Of a stretch of DNA of 64,000 nt, positions 48,353-59,153 are shown in pieces. Origin of the DNA: Alphaproteobacteria bacterium (lineage in GTDB: Bacteria > Pseudomonadota > Alphaproteobacteria > Micavibrionales > UBA2020); NCBI GenBank assembly GCA_021413445.1, contig JAIOQI010000021.1, forward strand, positions 47,871-111,870, written 5' to 3'. Each line of letters opens with the position of its first letter. Position 1 is the stretch's first letter. The notes below the pieces were generated by a model that was not told the DNA's origin, did no database searches, and saw nothing but the letters and a program-made list of their open reading frames with translations. Both the position numbers and the translations under genes were made by a program.

Positions 48353-49651
48353 ATGAAAAAACTTTTACTCGTAAGCACGGCGATCGCTGGTGTGGCGCTT
48401 CTGTCGTCTCCCGCTTCTGCTGCCGTTAAAATGGATCTCGGCGGCTTCTTCCGTGGTTACGGCGTGTATGCCGATAACAATGAAGATACCGGCGCATCCA
48501 ACTCGCTGTACAACTTTGAATTCCGCCGCGATGCCGAGCTGCATGCCAATGGCGAAACCACGCTCGACAACGGCCTGACCGTCGGCGCGCACGGCGAACT
48601 GAAAATCGCCAACGGTTCCAATTCGACCCTGTCGGATGAAATCTACGGTTATCTTTCCGGCGGCTGGGGCCGTATCAACCTCGGCATTGAAGACGGCGCA
48701 GCCTACCTCCTGCAGGTAGCCGCTCCTTCCGCTGATTCCAACGTGGATGGCCTGCGCACCTATATCCAGGCGCTCAACCCGAAAAGCACTGCGATGGATT
48801 CCAACCTCGCGTCGCTGACCGCCAACAGCAATGCTTTCTTCGGCCTCCTGGATTACGATCAGGGTGATTTCGCGAAGAACGACCGCATCACCTACCTGAC
48901 GCCGAAGTTTGACGGCTTCCAGGCCGGCGTTTCCTATGCGCCGAAACAAGGCGTTACCAGCAATACAGGCAGCATGGCTTTTGACCAGGATGGCCAGGGT
49001 TTCTACAATCCGGGTGGAACATCCATCACGGCTGATTACCAAAACCTTTGGGAAGTTTCCGCCCGTTATGACGGCGAATTCGAAGGCTTCGGTTTTGCCC
49101 TCGGCGGCGGTTATAGCGATTCTGGCATTGAATCCACGCCATCCGCAGCTCAGCTGACCGACGATGCCGGCGGTGACACTTTCAACGACGGGGATTACTT
49201 CCTCGACGACGGTATCCAGTCCTATAACGGCGGCCTGACCCTTTCTTCACAGGGCTTCAGCCTCGGCGGCGCTTACAAGCAGACCAAAACATCGCGCATC
49301 ACCAATACTGACAACGGTGGTACGGACAATGCCCAGTCGGGTGACATTACCGCCAAGACCTGGGTTATCGGTGCGGGCTATGATAACGGCCCCTGGCATG
49401 CCGGGGCGAGCTACCTGAACACCAAAACGGAACTTGATGCCATCATCAACGGTCTGGATTCCGGTAACATTGCTGCAACCTCTTACGAAGATGACAAGTA
49501 CACGGTCGGCGGTGGTTACACCTTCGGTCCCGGTATGACCTTCCGCGGCGCTGTGGCCTGGGGTACGTTTGATAACGCAACCGCTGGCACACTCACCACG
49601 GATGACAACGATTTCACGCAAGTTACCGTTGGTGCGGACGTACAGTTCTAA
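48353..49651 (+). CDS. Outer-membrane porin (beta-barrel)
   Basis: It has a signal peptide MKKLLLVSTAIAGVALLSSPASA, alternating Gly/Tyr/Asp-rich beta-strand pattern, and a C-terminal VGADVQF ending in Phe. Confidence 0.8.
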   Translation: MKKLLLVSTAIAGVALLSSPASAAVKMDLGGFFRGYGVYADNNEDTGASNSLYNFEFRRDAELHANGETTLDNGLTVGAHGELKIANGSNSTLSDEIYGYLSGGWGRINLGIEDGAAYLLQVAAPSADSNVDGLRTYIQALNPKSTAMDSNLASLTANSNAFFGLLDYDQGDFAKNDRITYLTPKFDGFQAGVSYAPKQGVTSNTGSMAFDQDGQGFYNPGGTSITADYQNLWEVSARYDGEFEGFGFALGGGYSDSGIESTPSAAQLTDDAGGDTFNDGDYFLDDGIQSYNGGLTLSSQGFSLGGAYKQTKTSRITNTDNGGTDNAQSGDITAKTWVIGAGYDNGPWHAGASYLNTKTELDAIINGLDSGNIAATSYEDDKYTVGGGYTFGPGMTFRGAVAWGTFDNATAGTLTTDDNDFTQVTVGADVQF

Positions 49652-49678
49652 CCAACCGGCATTTGGATGAGACAAGAA

Positions 49679-49708
49679 AGAGGCGCCTCCGGGCGCCTCT
49701 TTTTTTTG
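49679..49708 (+). terminator. Rho-independent terminator after the porin gene
   Basis: The stem is AGAGGCGCC / GGCGCCTCT with loop TCCG, followed by TTTTTTTT. Confidence 0.7.
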
Positions 49709-49719
49709 TTTATATCTCC

Positions 49720-49746
49720 GTCACCCCTGCGAAAGCAGGGGCCTAG
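49720..49746. repeat. Palindromic GAAA-loop element, left copy of an inverted pair
   Basis: GTCACCCCTGCGAAAGCAGGGGCCTAG has the stem CCCCTGC/GCAGGGG around GAAA. Confidence 0.5.
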
Positions 49747-49799
49747 TCGGGTCTTTGTTTTAAAGATCTTCGTCCTAGTAATAATATATAAAACACCAA

Positions 49800-49826
49800 C
49801 TGGGTCCCTGCTTTCGCAGGGATGAC
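49800..49826. repeat. Palindromic GAAA-loop element, right (inverted) copy
   Basis: The reverse complement reads GTCATCCCTGCGAAAGCAGGGACCCAG, matching the left copy at 24 of 27 positions. Confidence 0.5.
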
Positions 49827-49919
49827 AGGGGGTGCTCGGGAACAGACATTAAGCTTGGCATTTTCCGCCGCCAGTGCTTAAATCCACCGCAGTGCAACAA
49901 AACCGCATGAGGTGATTCT

Positions 49920-51110
49920 ATGCAAAATAACGATCCGGTGGTCATCGTCGCCATGGCGCGGACGCCGATGGGCGCCTTCCAGGGAGAGCTGGCGGGATTC
50001 AGCGCCAGCGACCTCGGCAAGGCCGCGATTGAAGAAGCGCTGAAGCGCTCCACCCTGAAGCCGGAAGACATCGAAGAAATCATCATGGGCTGCGTGCTGG
50101 CGGCGGGGCAGGGCCAGGCCCCGGCGCGACAGGCGGCATTGAAGGCGGGTTTGCCCGAATCAACCGGCGCCACCACCATCAACAAGATGTGCGGCTCGGG
50201 CATGAAGGCGGTGATGCTGGCGCATGACAACCTGCTGGCCGGCAGCGTCACCGTCATGATGGCCGGGGGAATGGAGAGCATGAGCAATGCGCCTTACCTG
50301 CTCGACAAGGCGCGCGGCGGTTACCGCATGGGGCATGGCAAGATGTACGACCATATGTTCCTCGACGGGCTGGAGGATGCTTACGATAAGGGGCAGCTGA
50401 TGGGGGTTTATGCCGACGATACGGCGCGCAAGCTGCAGATCACCCGCGAAGACCAGGACAAATTCGCGCTGACCTCCCTCAGCCGCGCGCAACGCGCTGC
50501 CAAAGAGGGCGACTTTAAATCTGAAATCGCCGTGCTGAAAATCAAGGCCAAAGAGGGTGAAACCGTCATCAGCGACGACGAAAGCCCGAAAAAGGGCAAG
50601 CCGGAGAAAATTCCGCAGCTGAAGCCGGCTTTCTCCCCGGACGGCACGGTGACGGCGGCCACCTCCAGCTCGATTTCCGACGGCGCCGCGGCGCTGGTGC
50701 TGATGCGCAAGTCCGAAGCCAAAAAGCGCGGCCTCAGGATCATCGCTGAAATCAAGGCCCACGCCACCCACGCGCAGAAACCGGCGGAGTTTACGCTGGC
50801 GCCGGTGGCCGCGACGCGCAAGGTCATGGAAAAATCCGGCTGGAGCGCCAATGATGTCGATCTGTTCGAGATCAACGAGGCTTTCGCGGTGGTGACGCTG
50901 GCGGCGATGCGCGAGCTGAACCTGCCGCACGACAAGGTGAACGTGAACGGCGGCGCCTGCGCCCTCGGCCATCCCATCGGCGCGTCCGGCGCGCGTATTA
51001 TCGTGACGCTGCTCTCTGCGCTGGAAAGGCGCGGCCTGAAAAAAGGCGTCGCTTCCTTGTGCATCGGCGGCGGAGAGGCGACGGCGATAGCGTTGGAAAT
51101 GGTTGCGTAA
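49920..51110 (+). CDS. Acetyl-CoA C-acetyltransferase (thiolase II, full length)
   Basis: VVIVAMARTPMG, the active-site block INKMCGSGMKAV, and the C-terminal NGGACALGHPIGASGARI and LCIGGGEATA are typical. Confidence 0.9.
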   Translation: MQNNDPVVIVAMARTPMGAFQGELAGFSASDLGKAAIEEALKRSTLKPEDIEEIIMGCVLAAGQGQAPARQAALKAGLPESTGATTINKMCGSGMKAVMLAHDNLLAGSVTVMMAGGMESMSNAPYLLDKARGGYRMGHGKMYDHMFLDGLEDAYDKGQLMGVYADDTARKLQITREDQDKFALTSLSRAQRAAKEGDFKSEIAVLKIKAKEGETVISDDESPKKGKPEKIPQLKPAFSPDGTVTAATSSSISDGAAALVLMRKSEAKKRGLRIIAEIKAHATHAQKPAEFTLAPVAATRKVMEKSGWSANDVDLFEINEAFAVVTLAAMRELNLPHDKVNVNGGACALGHPIGASGARIIVTLLSALERRGLKKGVASLCIGGGEATAIALEMVA

Positions 51111-53019
51111 AAAACGTTCCATTTTCAGGAAGCGCCCCCGTCAGCTGGGCGGAAAAAACATCGGCAAGCTGGCGCTGTGGGGCGTGGCCGCGCTTTTCAC
51201 GCTCGGCGCCTATTTCCTCTATGACCTGCCGGATATCGACAAGGTCAAGCCGCTCGATACCAAGCCCAGCATCACCATCCTCGCCAATGACGGCACGCTG
51301 ATCGCCCGTTACGGCGGGTTGCAGGGCGCTGTGCTGGGCATGAAAGACCTGCCCCAGACCCTGATTGAAGCCGTCTTGTCGGTGGAAGACCGGCGTTTTT
51401 ACAGCCATTTCGGGATAGATCCCTTAGGATTAGCGCGGGCGATGTGGACGAACCTCCGCGCCGGGCGGTGGGTGCAGGGCGGCTCGACCATCACCCAGCA
51501 GCTGGCCAAAAACCTGTTCCTGACCTCGGACAAGACCATCCGCCGCAAGGTGCAGGAGGCGCTGATGGCGTTTGAGATCGAGCATAAATTCACCAAGAAC
51601 GAGATTTTGACGGCCTACCTGAACCGGGTTTATTTCGGCGCCGGCGCCTACGGCGTCGATGCGGCGGCGAAGACCTATTTCAGCAAGCCTGCGTCGCAGC
51701 TGACCTTGTGGGAAAGCGCCGTGCTGGCGGGATTACTCAAAGCGCCGTCGCGCTTTTCGCCCGCCACCAATCCCGAACTGGCGCAGCGGCGGGCGGAGGT
51801 GGTCATCGAGGCGATGAAGGATGCCGGTTATCTCGACGCCAAGACCACCGCCCGGGAAATCAGGAAAATCAAGGCCCATATGTCCGGACCGGCGACGGCG
51901 GGGGATTTCAACCGCTATTTCTCCGACTGGGTGGTCGATCAGATCGGCAGCTTCATCTCCGCAACGGACGGCGACATCGTGGTGATGACGACGCTTGACC
52001 CGCAGCTGCAGCGCCTCGCCGAAGAAAAACAAAAAGCGCTGTTCAGTAAAATCAAGCCGCAGGACCAGGTGTCGCAGGCGGCGCTGGTCACGGAAGACCT
52101 GAACGGCGCCATACTGGCGATGATCGGCGGCGTTGATTACAGGGCCAGCCAGTTCAACCGCGCCCTCCAGGCGGAACGCCAGCCGGGCTCCGCCTTCAAG
52201 CCCTTCGTGTACCTGGCCGCGATTGAAAACGGGGCCAGCCCCGATGACTTGATTGAAGACGCCCCGATCAAGGCCGGCGACTACCGCCCGGACAATTACG
52301 ATGACAAGTATTTCGGCGAGGTGACGCTGACGCAGGCCCTGGCCAAGTCCCTGAACACGGCAACCATCCGCCTGTTGCAGCAAACGGGCATTGAAAGCCT
52401 GATCGATGTGGCTGAACGCATGGGCTTCAGCGGCACGCTGAAGCCGGAGCTGGCCAGCGGCCTCGGCACGGACGAGGTCACGCTGCTGGAATTGACCAAC
52501 GCCTACGCCATGATCGCCAATGGCGGCTATACCGTCTGGCCCTATGCCGTGTTGTCGGTCAGGGACGGCCAGGGGCAGCTGCTTTACCAGCGCACGGAGC
52601 TGGAACACCCCCGCGCCTTTTCCGGCCACGATATTGAGAAGCTGGACGACATGCTGGTGCAGGTGATCGAAGAGGGCACCGGCACGGCGGCGCAATTGTC
52701 GCACGGGCATGTCGCCGGAAAAACCGGCACGACGCAGAATTACCGCGATGCCTGGTTTCTCGGCTATACCGACAACCTTGCCACCGGCGTATGGATGGGG
52801 AATGACGACGCGACGCCGATGGTGCGCATCACCGGCAGCAAATATCCGGCGCAGCTCTGGCGCGATTACATGAACGAGGCGATCGATGTCACGGTGCCGG
52901 AGTTCACGCCGGAATCTTCCGCGCCCGACAACGGCGAATTTTCCGGCATGCTGGAGCGCTGGTCGTCGGCGGGGCCGGGAAAAGCATCTGAAGCCGAGAC
53001 GCCTGATTACAACAGGTGA
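51103..53019 (+). CDS. Class A penicillin-binding protein (glycosyltransferase plus transpeptidase, PBP1A family)
   Basis: It has the GT51 motifs EDRRFYSHFGIDP and GGSTITQQLAKN, and the transpeptidase motifs SAFKPFVY (SxxK) and KTGTT. The TTG start at 51103 overlaps the thiolase stop. Confidence 0.85.
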   Translation: MRKKRSIFRKRPRQLGGKNIGKLALWGVAALFTLGAYFLYDLPDIDKVKPLDTKPSITILANDGTLIARYGGLQGAVLGMKDLPQTLIEAVLSVEDRRFYSHFGIDPLGLARAMWTNLRAGRWVQGGSTITQQLAKNLFLTSDKTIRRKVQEALMAFEIEHKFTKNEILTAYLNRVYFGAGAYGVDAAAKTYFSKPASQLTLWESAVLAGLLKAPSRFSPATNPELAQRRAEVVIEAMKDAGYLDAKTTAREIRKIKAHMSGPATAGDFNRYFSDWVVDQIGSFISATDGDIVVMTTLDPQLQRLAEEKQKALFSKIKPQDQVSQAALVTEDLNGAILAMIGGVDYRASQFNRALQAERQPGSAFKPFVYLAAIENGASPDDLIEDAPIKAGDYRPDNYDDKYFGEVTLTQALAKSLNTATIRLLQQTGIESLIDVAERMGFSGTLKPELASGLGTDEVTLLELTNAYAMIANGGYTVWPYAVLSVRDGQGQLLYQRTELEHPRAFSGHDIEKLDDMLVQVIEEGTGTAAQLSHGHVAGKTGTTQNYRDAWFLGYTDNLATGVWMGNDDATPMVRITGSKYPAQLWRDYMNEAIDVTVPEFTPESSAPDNGEFSGMLERWSSAGPGKASEAETPDYNR

Positions 53020-53026
53020 CCGGAGT

Positions 53027-53740
53027 TTAGTTCTTCACGAGATGTGCGGCTAAAAAGGCGGCGGTGCGGCCATTGGCCTGTTGCGCCGCGCCCGGGTCGT
53101 AGTGCTGTCCGCCGATGCGCGCGAAGGCGTGATCGGCTCCCGGATAAACATGGATTTCCACATGCGGGTGGTTATGCAGGGCATTGGTGATTTTCTGCCG
53201 CGCCGCCGGGGGGACGAACTGGTCTTTTTCGGCAACGTGCATCAGCAAAGGTTTGGCGATGTTTGCCGCCGCGCCCAGCAGATCCTCGATGCCAACGCCG
53301 TAATAGGCGACGTTGCAGTCGGCATCCGATCCGGTGGCCATCAGGTAGGCGAGTTTGCCGCCCAGGCAATAGCCGATCGTTCCGGCCTTGCCGGTGCAGG
53401 CGGGGTCCTTGCGGATGAAGGCCAGCGCCGCCCTTAAATCATTGATGCCTTTGCCGACGTCAAAGCCCTGATAAAGCTGGAAGGCCCGCGCCCATTCGGC
53501 TTCCGACTGGTCGGTCAGCTGGATGCCGGGCTCCTGGCGCCAGAACAGGTCGGGACAAACGGCGATATAGCCGGCCTGCGAGATTTTTTCGCAGATGTCC
53601 CGCATATTCTTGTTCACGCCGAAAATTTCCTGGATGACGATGACCGTCGGGGCGGGCAGTTTGGCCGGGAAGCTGGCGAAGGCGGAAAAACTGCCGCTGT
53701 TGTCCGCGGCGTTTATTTTAAATTCCTTGTTCATGTCCAT
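53027..53740 (-). CDS. Dienelactone hydrolase family protein
   Basis: It has VIQEIFGVN, the nucleophile block GYCLGG, and a C-terminal GADHAF. Confidence 0.8.
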   Translation of the reverse strand: MDMNKEFKINAADNSGSFSAFASFPAKLPAPTVIVIQEIFGVNKNMRDICEKISQAGYIAVCPDLFWRQEPGIQLTDQSEAEWARAFQLYQGFDVGKGINDLRAALAFIRKDPACTGKAGTIGYCLGGKLAYLMATGSDADCNVAYYGVGIEDLLGAAANIAKPLLMHVAEKDQFVPPAARQKITNALHNHPHVEIHVYPGADHAFARIGGQHYDPGAAQQANGRTAAFLAAHLVKN

Positions 53741-53764
53741 ACCTTAACCTCAAACTTTAAAAAA

Positions 53765-55819
53765 TCAACCGTCATTTGCGGCGGGGCGGCCTTGTTTGCT
53801 GCGCTCTTCCCGCAGCAGCTGTTCAAGGTTTTGCGGGTCAGTCACCGGCGGGAGGCAGCGCCGGCCAAAACACACATAAGCCGTTGTTTTCCCCTCGACC
53901 GGTATTTTGCCGAAGGCGGGATGGTCTTGGGGAAAAATACTGTCCCGGGCTATGTTCATTTTAATCAGGAACGGCAGGGAAATTTTTTGCAGCATGCTGT
54001 CAAACGCTTTTGGATTGTCAGCGCCGGCGGCGATCATGACGCAAAGCGGGTTCAGGAAAAAATCACAATTTTTCAGCAGAGTTGCAAAAGGGAAGACTTG
54101 GTGAAGGACCTCTCCGGAAAAGGCCGCAGCGGTTTTTTCCGCCTGGTTCAGGTGCGCGGCGTTACCGGTCAGGTAATAGAGGCGCGTCAGGACGCCGATC
54201 ATGACGCTGTTGCCGGAGGGGACGGCGCTGTCGTGGGCGGATTTCGGCCGCAGCGGCACGTCGGTCACTGACGCCGCCGTCATGAAATAGCCGTGATGCT
54301 GCCGGTCCCAGAATTCTTTATCCAATATATCAACCCAGACGGCGGCCTGCGTCAAAAACTGCGGATCAGGCGCGGCGTCATGCAGCGCCAGGGCGGCCTC
54401 CAGCATACAGGCGTAGTCTTCCAGCAGCGCGGCAGACTGCGTTTTGCCGTCACACCAGACATGATGGAGGTGCCCGTCTTTGTCCATCATATATGCGGTG
54501 ACAAAACGGAAGGCGCTGGCCGCCATCTCGACCCATTCCGGACGGCTGAAGGCGGCCCCGGCCTTGGCCAGTGCGGCGATCATCAGCCCGTTCCAGTCGG
54601 CGAGCACTTTATTGTCGCGCGCGGGTGCCGGCCGTTTATTCCGCGTCGCCTTCAGTTTTTTTCGCCAGCTATCTAGTTGCACCTCTTCCGGTTCGGTCAG
54701 GTAATCGGGATTTTTCAGGCGGTTGAGGATATTTACTTTTTCCCAATTGCCAAATTTGGTGACGTCATAGGTTTTTTTGAACGCCCCGGCATCGGGGCCC
54801 AGGGTTTTGTCGATCTCATCTTCTGTCCAGACATAGTATTTGCCTTCCCCGCCTTCGCTGTCCGCGTCCAGGCTGGCGGCAAAGGCGCTGGCGCTCAGGT
54901 TCTTGACCATCAGTTCCGCCCCAACCCAATCGATAGTTTCGCGGATGCGCCGGGCGAACAGGGGATGCTGCGTCTCTTTGCAGACCTCCGTCAGCAGCGC
55001 GATGAACAGCGCGTTGTCGTAGAGCATTTTTTCAAAATGCGGCGCCAGCCATTCTTCATCGACGGCGTAACGGGAAAAGCCGCCGCCGATATGGTCATAG
55101 ATGCCGCCCTGGCACATTTGCGTCAGGCTGTGGATGACGGCGAATTTATAGGCGTTGTCCCCGGTGCGGAGGTAGGAGTCCCACAACAGGTTCATGATAG
55201 TCAGGTTTGGGAATTTGGGCGCGGTGCCGATACCGCCGTGAGCGGGGTCGATGAGATTCAAAAAATAATGGCTGATTTTGTCCAACTGCTCGCGGTGGGG
55301 GAGGATTCCCTGCTGGTTATGATGGATTTTATCCAGCGCCGCCGCCAGGCTTTGGGTGTTATGCGCGATTTTGTTCTTGTCGTGTTCATAACTTTCCGCC
55401 ACGCCGCGCAGGACTTCCCTGAAGGAGGGCATGCCGTGGCGCGGCTGCGGCGGAAAATAGGTGCCGCCCCAGAACGGCTTGGCGTCCGGCGTCAGGAACA
55501 TGGTGAGCGGCCAGCCGCCGGCCTTGCCCATCAGCGCCAGGGCGCTTTGAAAAACGGCGTCCAGGTCCGGCCTTTCCTCACGATCGACCTTAATGTTGAT
55601 AAAATACCGGTTCATCAGGTCAGCGGTGGCGGCATCCTCGAAGCTTTCATGCGCCATGACATGGCACCAGTGGCAGGCGGAATAGCCGATGGAGAGCAAA
55701 ATCGGCTTGTTTTCGCGCCGCGCTTTTTCCAGGGCGACTGCGTTCCACGGCATCCAGGCCACGGGATTATGCATGTGCTGCCGGAGATAGGGGCTGGTTT
55801 CATTGCCGAGAAGATTCAT
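53765..55819 (-). CDS. Thioredoxin-domain protein of the DUF255/YyaL type (thioredoxin-like N-terminus plus a six-hairpin glycosidase-like domain)
   Basis: It contains [17 protein letters not shown] and [18 protein letters not shown], and is 684 aa. Confidence 0.8.
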   Translation of the reverse strand: MNLLGNETSPYLRQHMHNPVAWMPWNAVALEKARRENKPILLSIGYSACHWCHVMAHESFEDAATADLMNRYFINIKVDREERPDLDAVFQSALALMGKAGGWPLTMFLTPDAKPFWGGTYFPPQPRHGMPSFREVLRGVAESYEHDKNKIAHNTQSLAAALDKIHHNQQGILPHREQLDKISHYFLNLIDPAHGGIGTAPKFPNLTIMNLLWDSYLRTGDNAYKFAVIHSLTQMCQGGIYDHIGGGFSRYAVDEEWLAPHFEKMLYDNALFIALLTEVCKETQHPLFARRIRETIDWVGAELMVKNLSASAFAASLDADSEGGEGKYYVWTEDEIDKTLGPDAGAFKKTYDVTKFGNWEKVNILNRLKNPDYLTEPEEVQLDSWRKKLKATRNKRPAPARDNKVLADWNGLMIAALAKAGAAFSRPEWVEMAASAFRFVTAYMMDKDGHLHHVWCDGKTQSAALLEDYACMLEAALALHDAAPDPQFLTQAAVWVDILDKEFWDRQHHGYFMTAASVTDVPLRPKSAHDSAVPSGNSVMIGVLTRLYYLTGNAAHLNQAEKTAAAFSGEVLHQVFPFATLLKNCDFFLNPLCVMIAAGADNPKAFDSMLQKISLPFLIKMNIARDSIFPQDHPAFGKIPVEGKTTAYVCFGRRCLPPVTDPQNLEQLLREERSKQGRPAANDG

Positions 55820-55872
55820 GTTGTCGATTTTCTCTCTTTTGTTTAGCTTACAGGAAACAAGGAAAGACCGTC

Positions 55873-56244
55873 ATGAAGGAAGATAATCTTTATTATAAAG
55901 CACATATTTTTTGCTGCAACAATGAACGCCCGGCCGGGCACCCCAAGGGCTGCTGCAAGGAAAAAGGCGCCGAGCCCCTGCGTAATTACATGAAGACCAA
56001 GATCAAGGAGCTGGGGATCCAGGAGGTGCGGGTCAATCTTTCCGGCTGCCTGGACCGCTGCGCGCTGGGGCCGACGATGGTCATTTATCCCGAAGGGGTC
56101 TGGTACACCTATGCCTCCACGGCGGATATCGACGATATCATCGAACAGCACCTGCAAAAGGGCGGGCGGGTGAAAAGGCTGCTGCTGACGGCGGATCAGA
56201 AAGAGCTGCGGGACGAGCAAAAACAAGGGCGGCAAAAAAACTGA
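55873..56244 (+). CDS. Thioredoxin-like [2Fe-2S] ferredoxin-domain protein
   Basis: HIFCC...KGCC...LSGCLDRCALGPTMVIYPEGVWY shows the Cys pattern of (2Fe-2S) ferredoxin-domain proteins. Confidence 0.75.
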   Translation: MKEDNLYYKAHIFCCNNERPAGHPKGCCKEKGAEPLRNYMKTKIKELGIQEVRVNLSGCLDRCALGPTMVIYPEGVWYTYASTADIDDIIEQHLQKGGRVKRLLLTADQKELRDEQKQGRQKN

Positions 56245-57560
56245 TGGACACGATTTTTGCATTGGCGTCGGGTTCGCAGCGGGCCGGGGTGGCGGTGATC
56301 CGCGTGTCCGGCCCGACGGCTTTGCAGACCTATAAAAACCTGAGCGGAAAACCGGCACCGGTGCCGCGCCAAGCGGTCGTCAGCGATTTTTGCGAACCGG
56401 GCACGCAGAAAATGCTTGATCGCGGTTTAGTGATTTATTTCCAGGGTCCCGCCAGCTTCACCGGCGAGGACGTCGTTGAGTACCATGTGCACGGCGGCGT
56501 GGCCGTTATCCACGGGTTTTTGTCGGTGCTGGCGAAGCAGCCCGGCTGCCGCCTGGCGGAACCGGGGGAATTCACGCGCCGCGCCTTCGAGAACGGCAAA
56601 CTCGACCTGACCGCCGCCGAGGCGGTGGCTGACCTGATCGATGCGGAAACCGAGGCGCAGCGGATGCAGGCGCTCGACCAGCTGGGCGGCGGCCTGGCGC
56701 GCCTCTATCAGGGCTGGGCGGAGAACTTGAAAAAAACATTGGCGCACCAGGAAGCCGAGATCGAATTTCCCGACGAGGACATGCCCGTTGGCATCGCGCA
56801 AAACCTGAAGCCGGAAATTCAAGCCCTGGTAAAAGAGATCAGGGAACATCTGGACGACAAAAGGCGCGGCGAGCGCCTGCGCAACGGCGTCTTGATCGCG
56901 ATCTTAGGCGCGCCCAACGCCGGAAAATCCAGCCTGCTCAACGCGCTGGCGCGGCGCGAGGCGGCGATTGTGTCGGAAGAGGCGGGCACCACGCGCGACA
57001 TCATCGAGGTGCACCTTGACCTTGGCGGCTATCCCGTCATTCTCGCCGATACCGCCGGTTTGCGGACGGCCGAAAGCAAGATCGAGGCGGAGGGCATCCG
57101 CCGCGCGCAAAAGCTGGCGTCCGACGCCGACATCAAGATTGTTTTATTCGACAGCACATCCGCCGCGCCGGATGCGGCAACACTGAAAATGGTGGATGAA
57201 AACACGCTGGTGGCGCTGACGAAAGCGGACCTGTCGCCGCCGCGTTTCCCTGAAAAAGAAGGCTGGCTGCATATATCATCCACCACCGGCGCCGGGCTTG
57301 ATGTGTTTCTGGAGGCGCTGACAAAAAAGGCCGCCGGACTTTTCGCTTCCCGCAGCGGCCCGTCCCTGACGCGGGAGCGGCACCGTCTGGCGTTGCAGGA
57401 AACAGTCACCGCGCTGGAGCGTTGTCTTGGGACGGTTTTGCCGGAGCTGGCGGCGGAAGATCTCCGTCTCGCGTTGCGCAGTCTCGGCTCGATCACCGGC
57501 AAAGTGCAGGTGGAAGACCTGCTGGACACGATTTTCCGCGATTTTTGCATTGGAAAATAG
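56244..57560 (+). CDS. mnmE: tRNA modification GTPase MnmE (TrmE)
   Basis: It starts MDTIFALASG, has the G-domain motifs GAPNAGKSSLLN and DTAGLR, and ends with the C-terminal FCIGK. Confidence 0.9.
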   Translation: MDTIFALASGSQRAGVAVIRVSGPTALQTYKNLSGKPAPVPRQAVVSDFCEPGTQKMLDRGLVIYFQGPASFTGEDVVEYHVHGGVAVIHGFLSVLAKQPGCRLAEPGEFTRRAFENGKLDLTAAEAVADLIDAETEAQRMQALDQLGGGLARLYQGWAENLKKTLAHQEAEIEFPDEDMPVGIAQNLKPEIQALVKEIREHLDDKRRGERLRNGVLIAILGAPNAGKSSLLNALARREAAIVSEEAGTTRDIIEVHLDLGGYPVILADTAGLRTAESKIEAEGIRRAQKLASDADIKIVLFDSTSAAPDAATLKMVDENTLVALTKADLSPPRFPEKEGWLHISSTTGAGLDVFLEALTKKAAGLFASRSGPSLTRERHRLALQETVTALERCLGTVLPELAAEDLRLALRSLGSITGKVQVEDLLDTIFRDFCIGK

Positions 57561-57658
57561 ATTTCTCTTGGCAGCGGAAACAAGAATCAGTATATATAGG
57601 CGAAACCTCCCCCACATCACGGTTTCATTGAAAAGCGTCCTTTGAACGGAGATGAGCC

Positions 57659-58672
57659 ATGCGCATTGAAGCTGACCGTAAACTTGATTTTGCCGATGTA
57701 TTGATTAGGCCGAAGCGCTCCGGCCTGAAGTCGCGCTCCGAGGTGGAGTTGCGGCGCACTTTCAAGACTCCGCATGCAAAAATCGAAATCAGCGGCGTGC
57801 CGGTTATCGCCGCCAACATGGACCGGGTCGGCACGCTGAAAATGGCTGCCGCGCTGGCCGGGCATGAGATGTTCACCGCCCTGCACAAGCATTATTCGAT
57901 CCCGGAACTGAAGCAGGCCAAAATTTCCGGCGATTTTTCCTTCATCACTTTCGGCATCGAAGATATGAACAAGATCGATGCGGTGATGGACGAGCTGAAG
58001 GACCGGGAAGCGAATAAAATTTGCCTCGACGTGGCGAACGGCTACACCGAGACTTTCGTCGATTTCATCCGCGACGTCCGCAAGCATCACCCTAAAAAGA
58101 TCATCATGGCGGGAAATGTGGCGACGGCGGACATGACCGAAGCACTGATCCTGGCGGGCGCCGACATCGTCAAGGTCGGCATCGGCCCCGGCTCCGCTTG
58201 CATGACCCGCGCCATGACCGGCGTGGGTTATCCGCAACTTTCCTCGATTATCGAGTGCGCGGATGCGGCGCACGGCCTGGGCGGGCTGATGTGCGCCGAC
58301 GGCGGCTGCCGGATGCCGGGCGATGTCGCGAAAGCCTTCGGCGCCGGGGCGGACTTTGTCATGCTCGGCGGCATGCTGGCGGGACACACCGAGAACGTGC
58401 CCGAGGAAGACCTGAAAAACCTTTCCAAGAACGACAATATGATCGAATATTATGGGATGTCCTCTGAAGAGGCGATGAACAAGTATTCAGGCGGTATCGC
58501 CAAGCACCGCGCTTCCGAAGGCCGGGTGGTGAAGGTGGAATACAAAGGCGACGTGAAAGACACTGTGCGCGACATCCTGGGCGGCATCCGTTCCGCCTGC
58601 ACCTATGTCGGCGCCTCGCGCCTGAAGGAGCTTTCCAAACGCACGACTTTCGTCATCAAGAGCGCCGTGTAA
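57659..58672 (+). CDS. guaC: GMP reductase GuaC
   Basis: [26 protein letters not shown] and the IMPDH/GMPR-family layout without a CBS insertion support this. It is 337 aa. Confidence 0.9.
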   Translation: MRIEADRKLDFADVLIRPKRSGLKSRSEVELRRTFKTPHAKIEISGVPVIAANMDRVGTLKMAAALAGHEMFTALHKHYSIPELKQAKISGDFSFITFGIEDMNKIDAVMDELKDREANKICLDVANGYTETFVDFIRDVRKHHPKKIIMAGNVATADMTEALILAGADIVKVGIGPGSACMTRAMTGVGYPQLSSIIECADAAHGLGGLMCADGGCRMPGDVAKAFGAGADFVMLGGMLAGHTENVPEEDLKNLSKNDNMIEYYGMSSEEAMNKYSGGIAKHRASEGRVVKVEYKGDVKDTVRDILGGIRSACTYVGASRLKELSKRTTFVIKSAV

Positions 58673-58686
58673 GGAATTTCCCCGGT

Positions 58687-59118
58687 TTATTTTTTGAGCA
58701 GAACAGGCGCCGGTGATTGCGGGGCGGTCGCTTTCGTTACTTTCGTGATAAAGTAATCGGTGTCCGCAAAACGAGGGCGATGGTTCCATACTTCTTTATA
58801 GTGCAGCTTGACGCGGTCGCCGTTTTCCTGGGCTTCCTGAAGCTGCCTGACAAGCGCTGTATCTGCGTCCTTCACCGTAAATTCAAAAGAGTTGGAAGTG
58901 CTGCCGTCTTCGCCGGAGCTCTTGAAGTTATCCATCGCCAGTTCACCCTCCCAGGATTTGTTAAAAAACCCTTTGTAGGAAAGCTTTGTAACCGTCCCGA
59001 CGCGGTCGCCTTCGGAGTAAGGATCGGTCGTGTCATTGCTGCAGCTTTGCATGGCGCCGACGGAGGTCACGAGAGCCGCACCAAGAACCAGTTTGTTAAA
59101 AAGATTGCGCATACTCAT
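58687..59118 (-). CDS. Hypothetical lipoprotein (143 aa)
   Basis: It has a signal peptide and lipobox LVTSVGAMQSC. The RBS AGGAGAAAAAAA precedes the ATG. No family was recognised. Confidence 0.55.
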   Translation of the reverse strand: MSMRNLFNKLVLGAALVTSVGAMQSCSNDTTDPYSEGDRVGTVTKLSYKGFFNKSWEGELAMDNFKSSGEDGSTSNSFEFTVKDADTALVRQLQEAQENGDRVKLHYKEVWNHRPRFADTDYFITKVTKATAPQSPAPVLLKK

Positions 59119-59153
59119 TTTTTTCTCCTATGTTTGAAACCTTAAGTTTCCAT

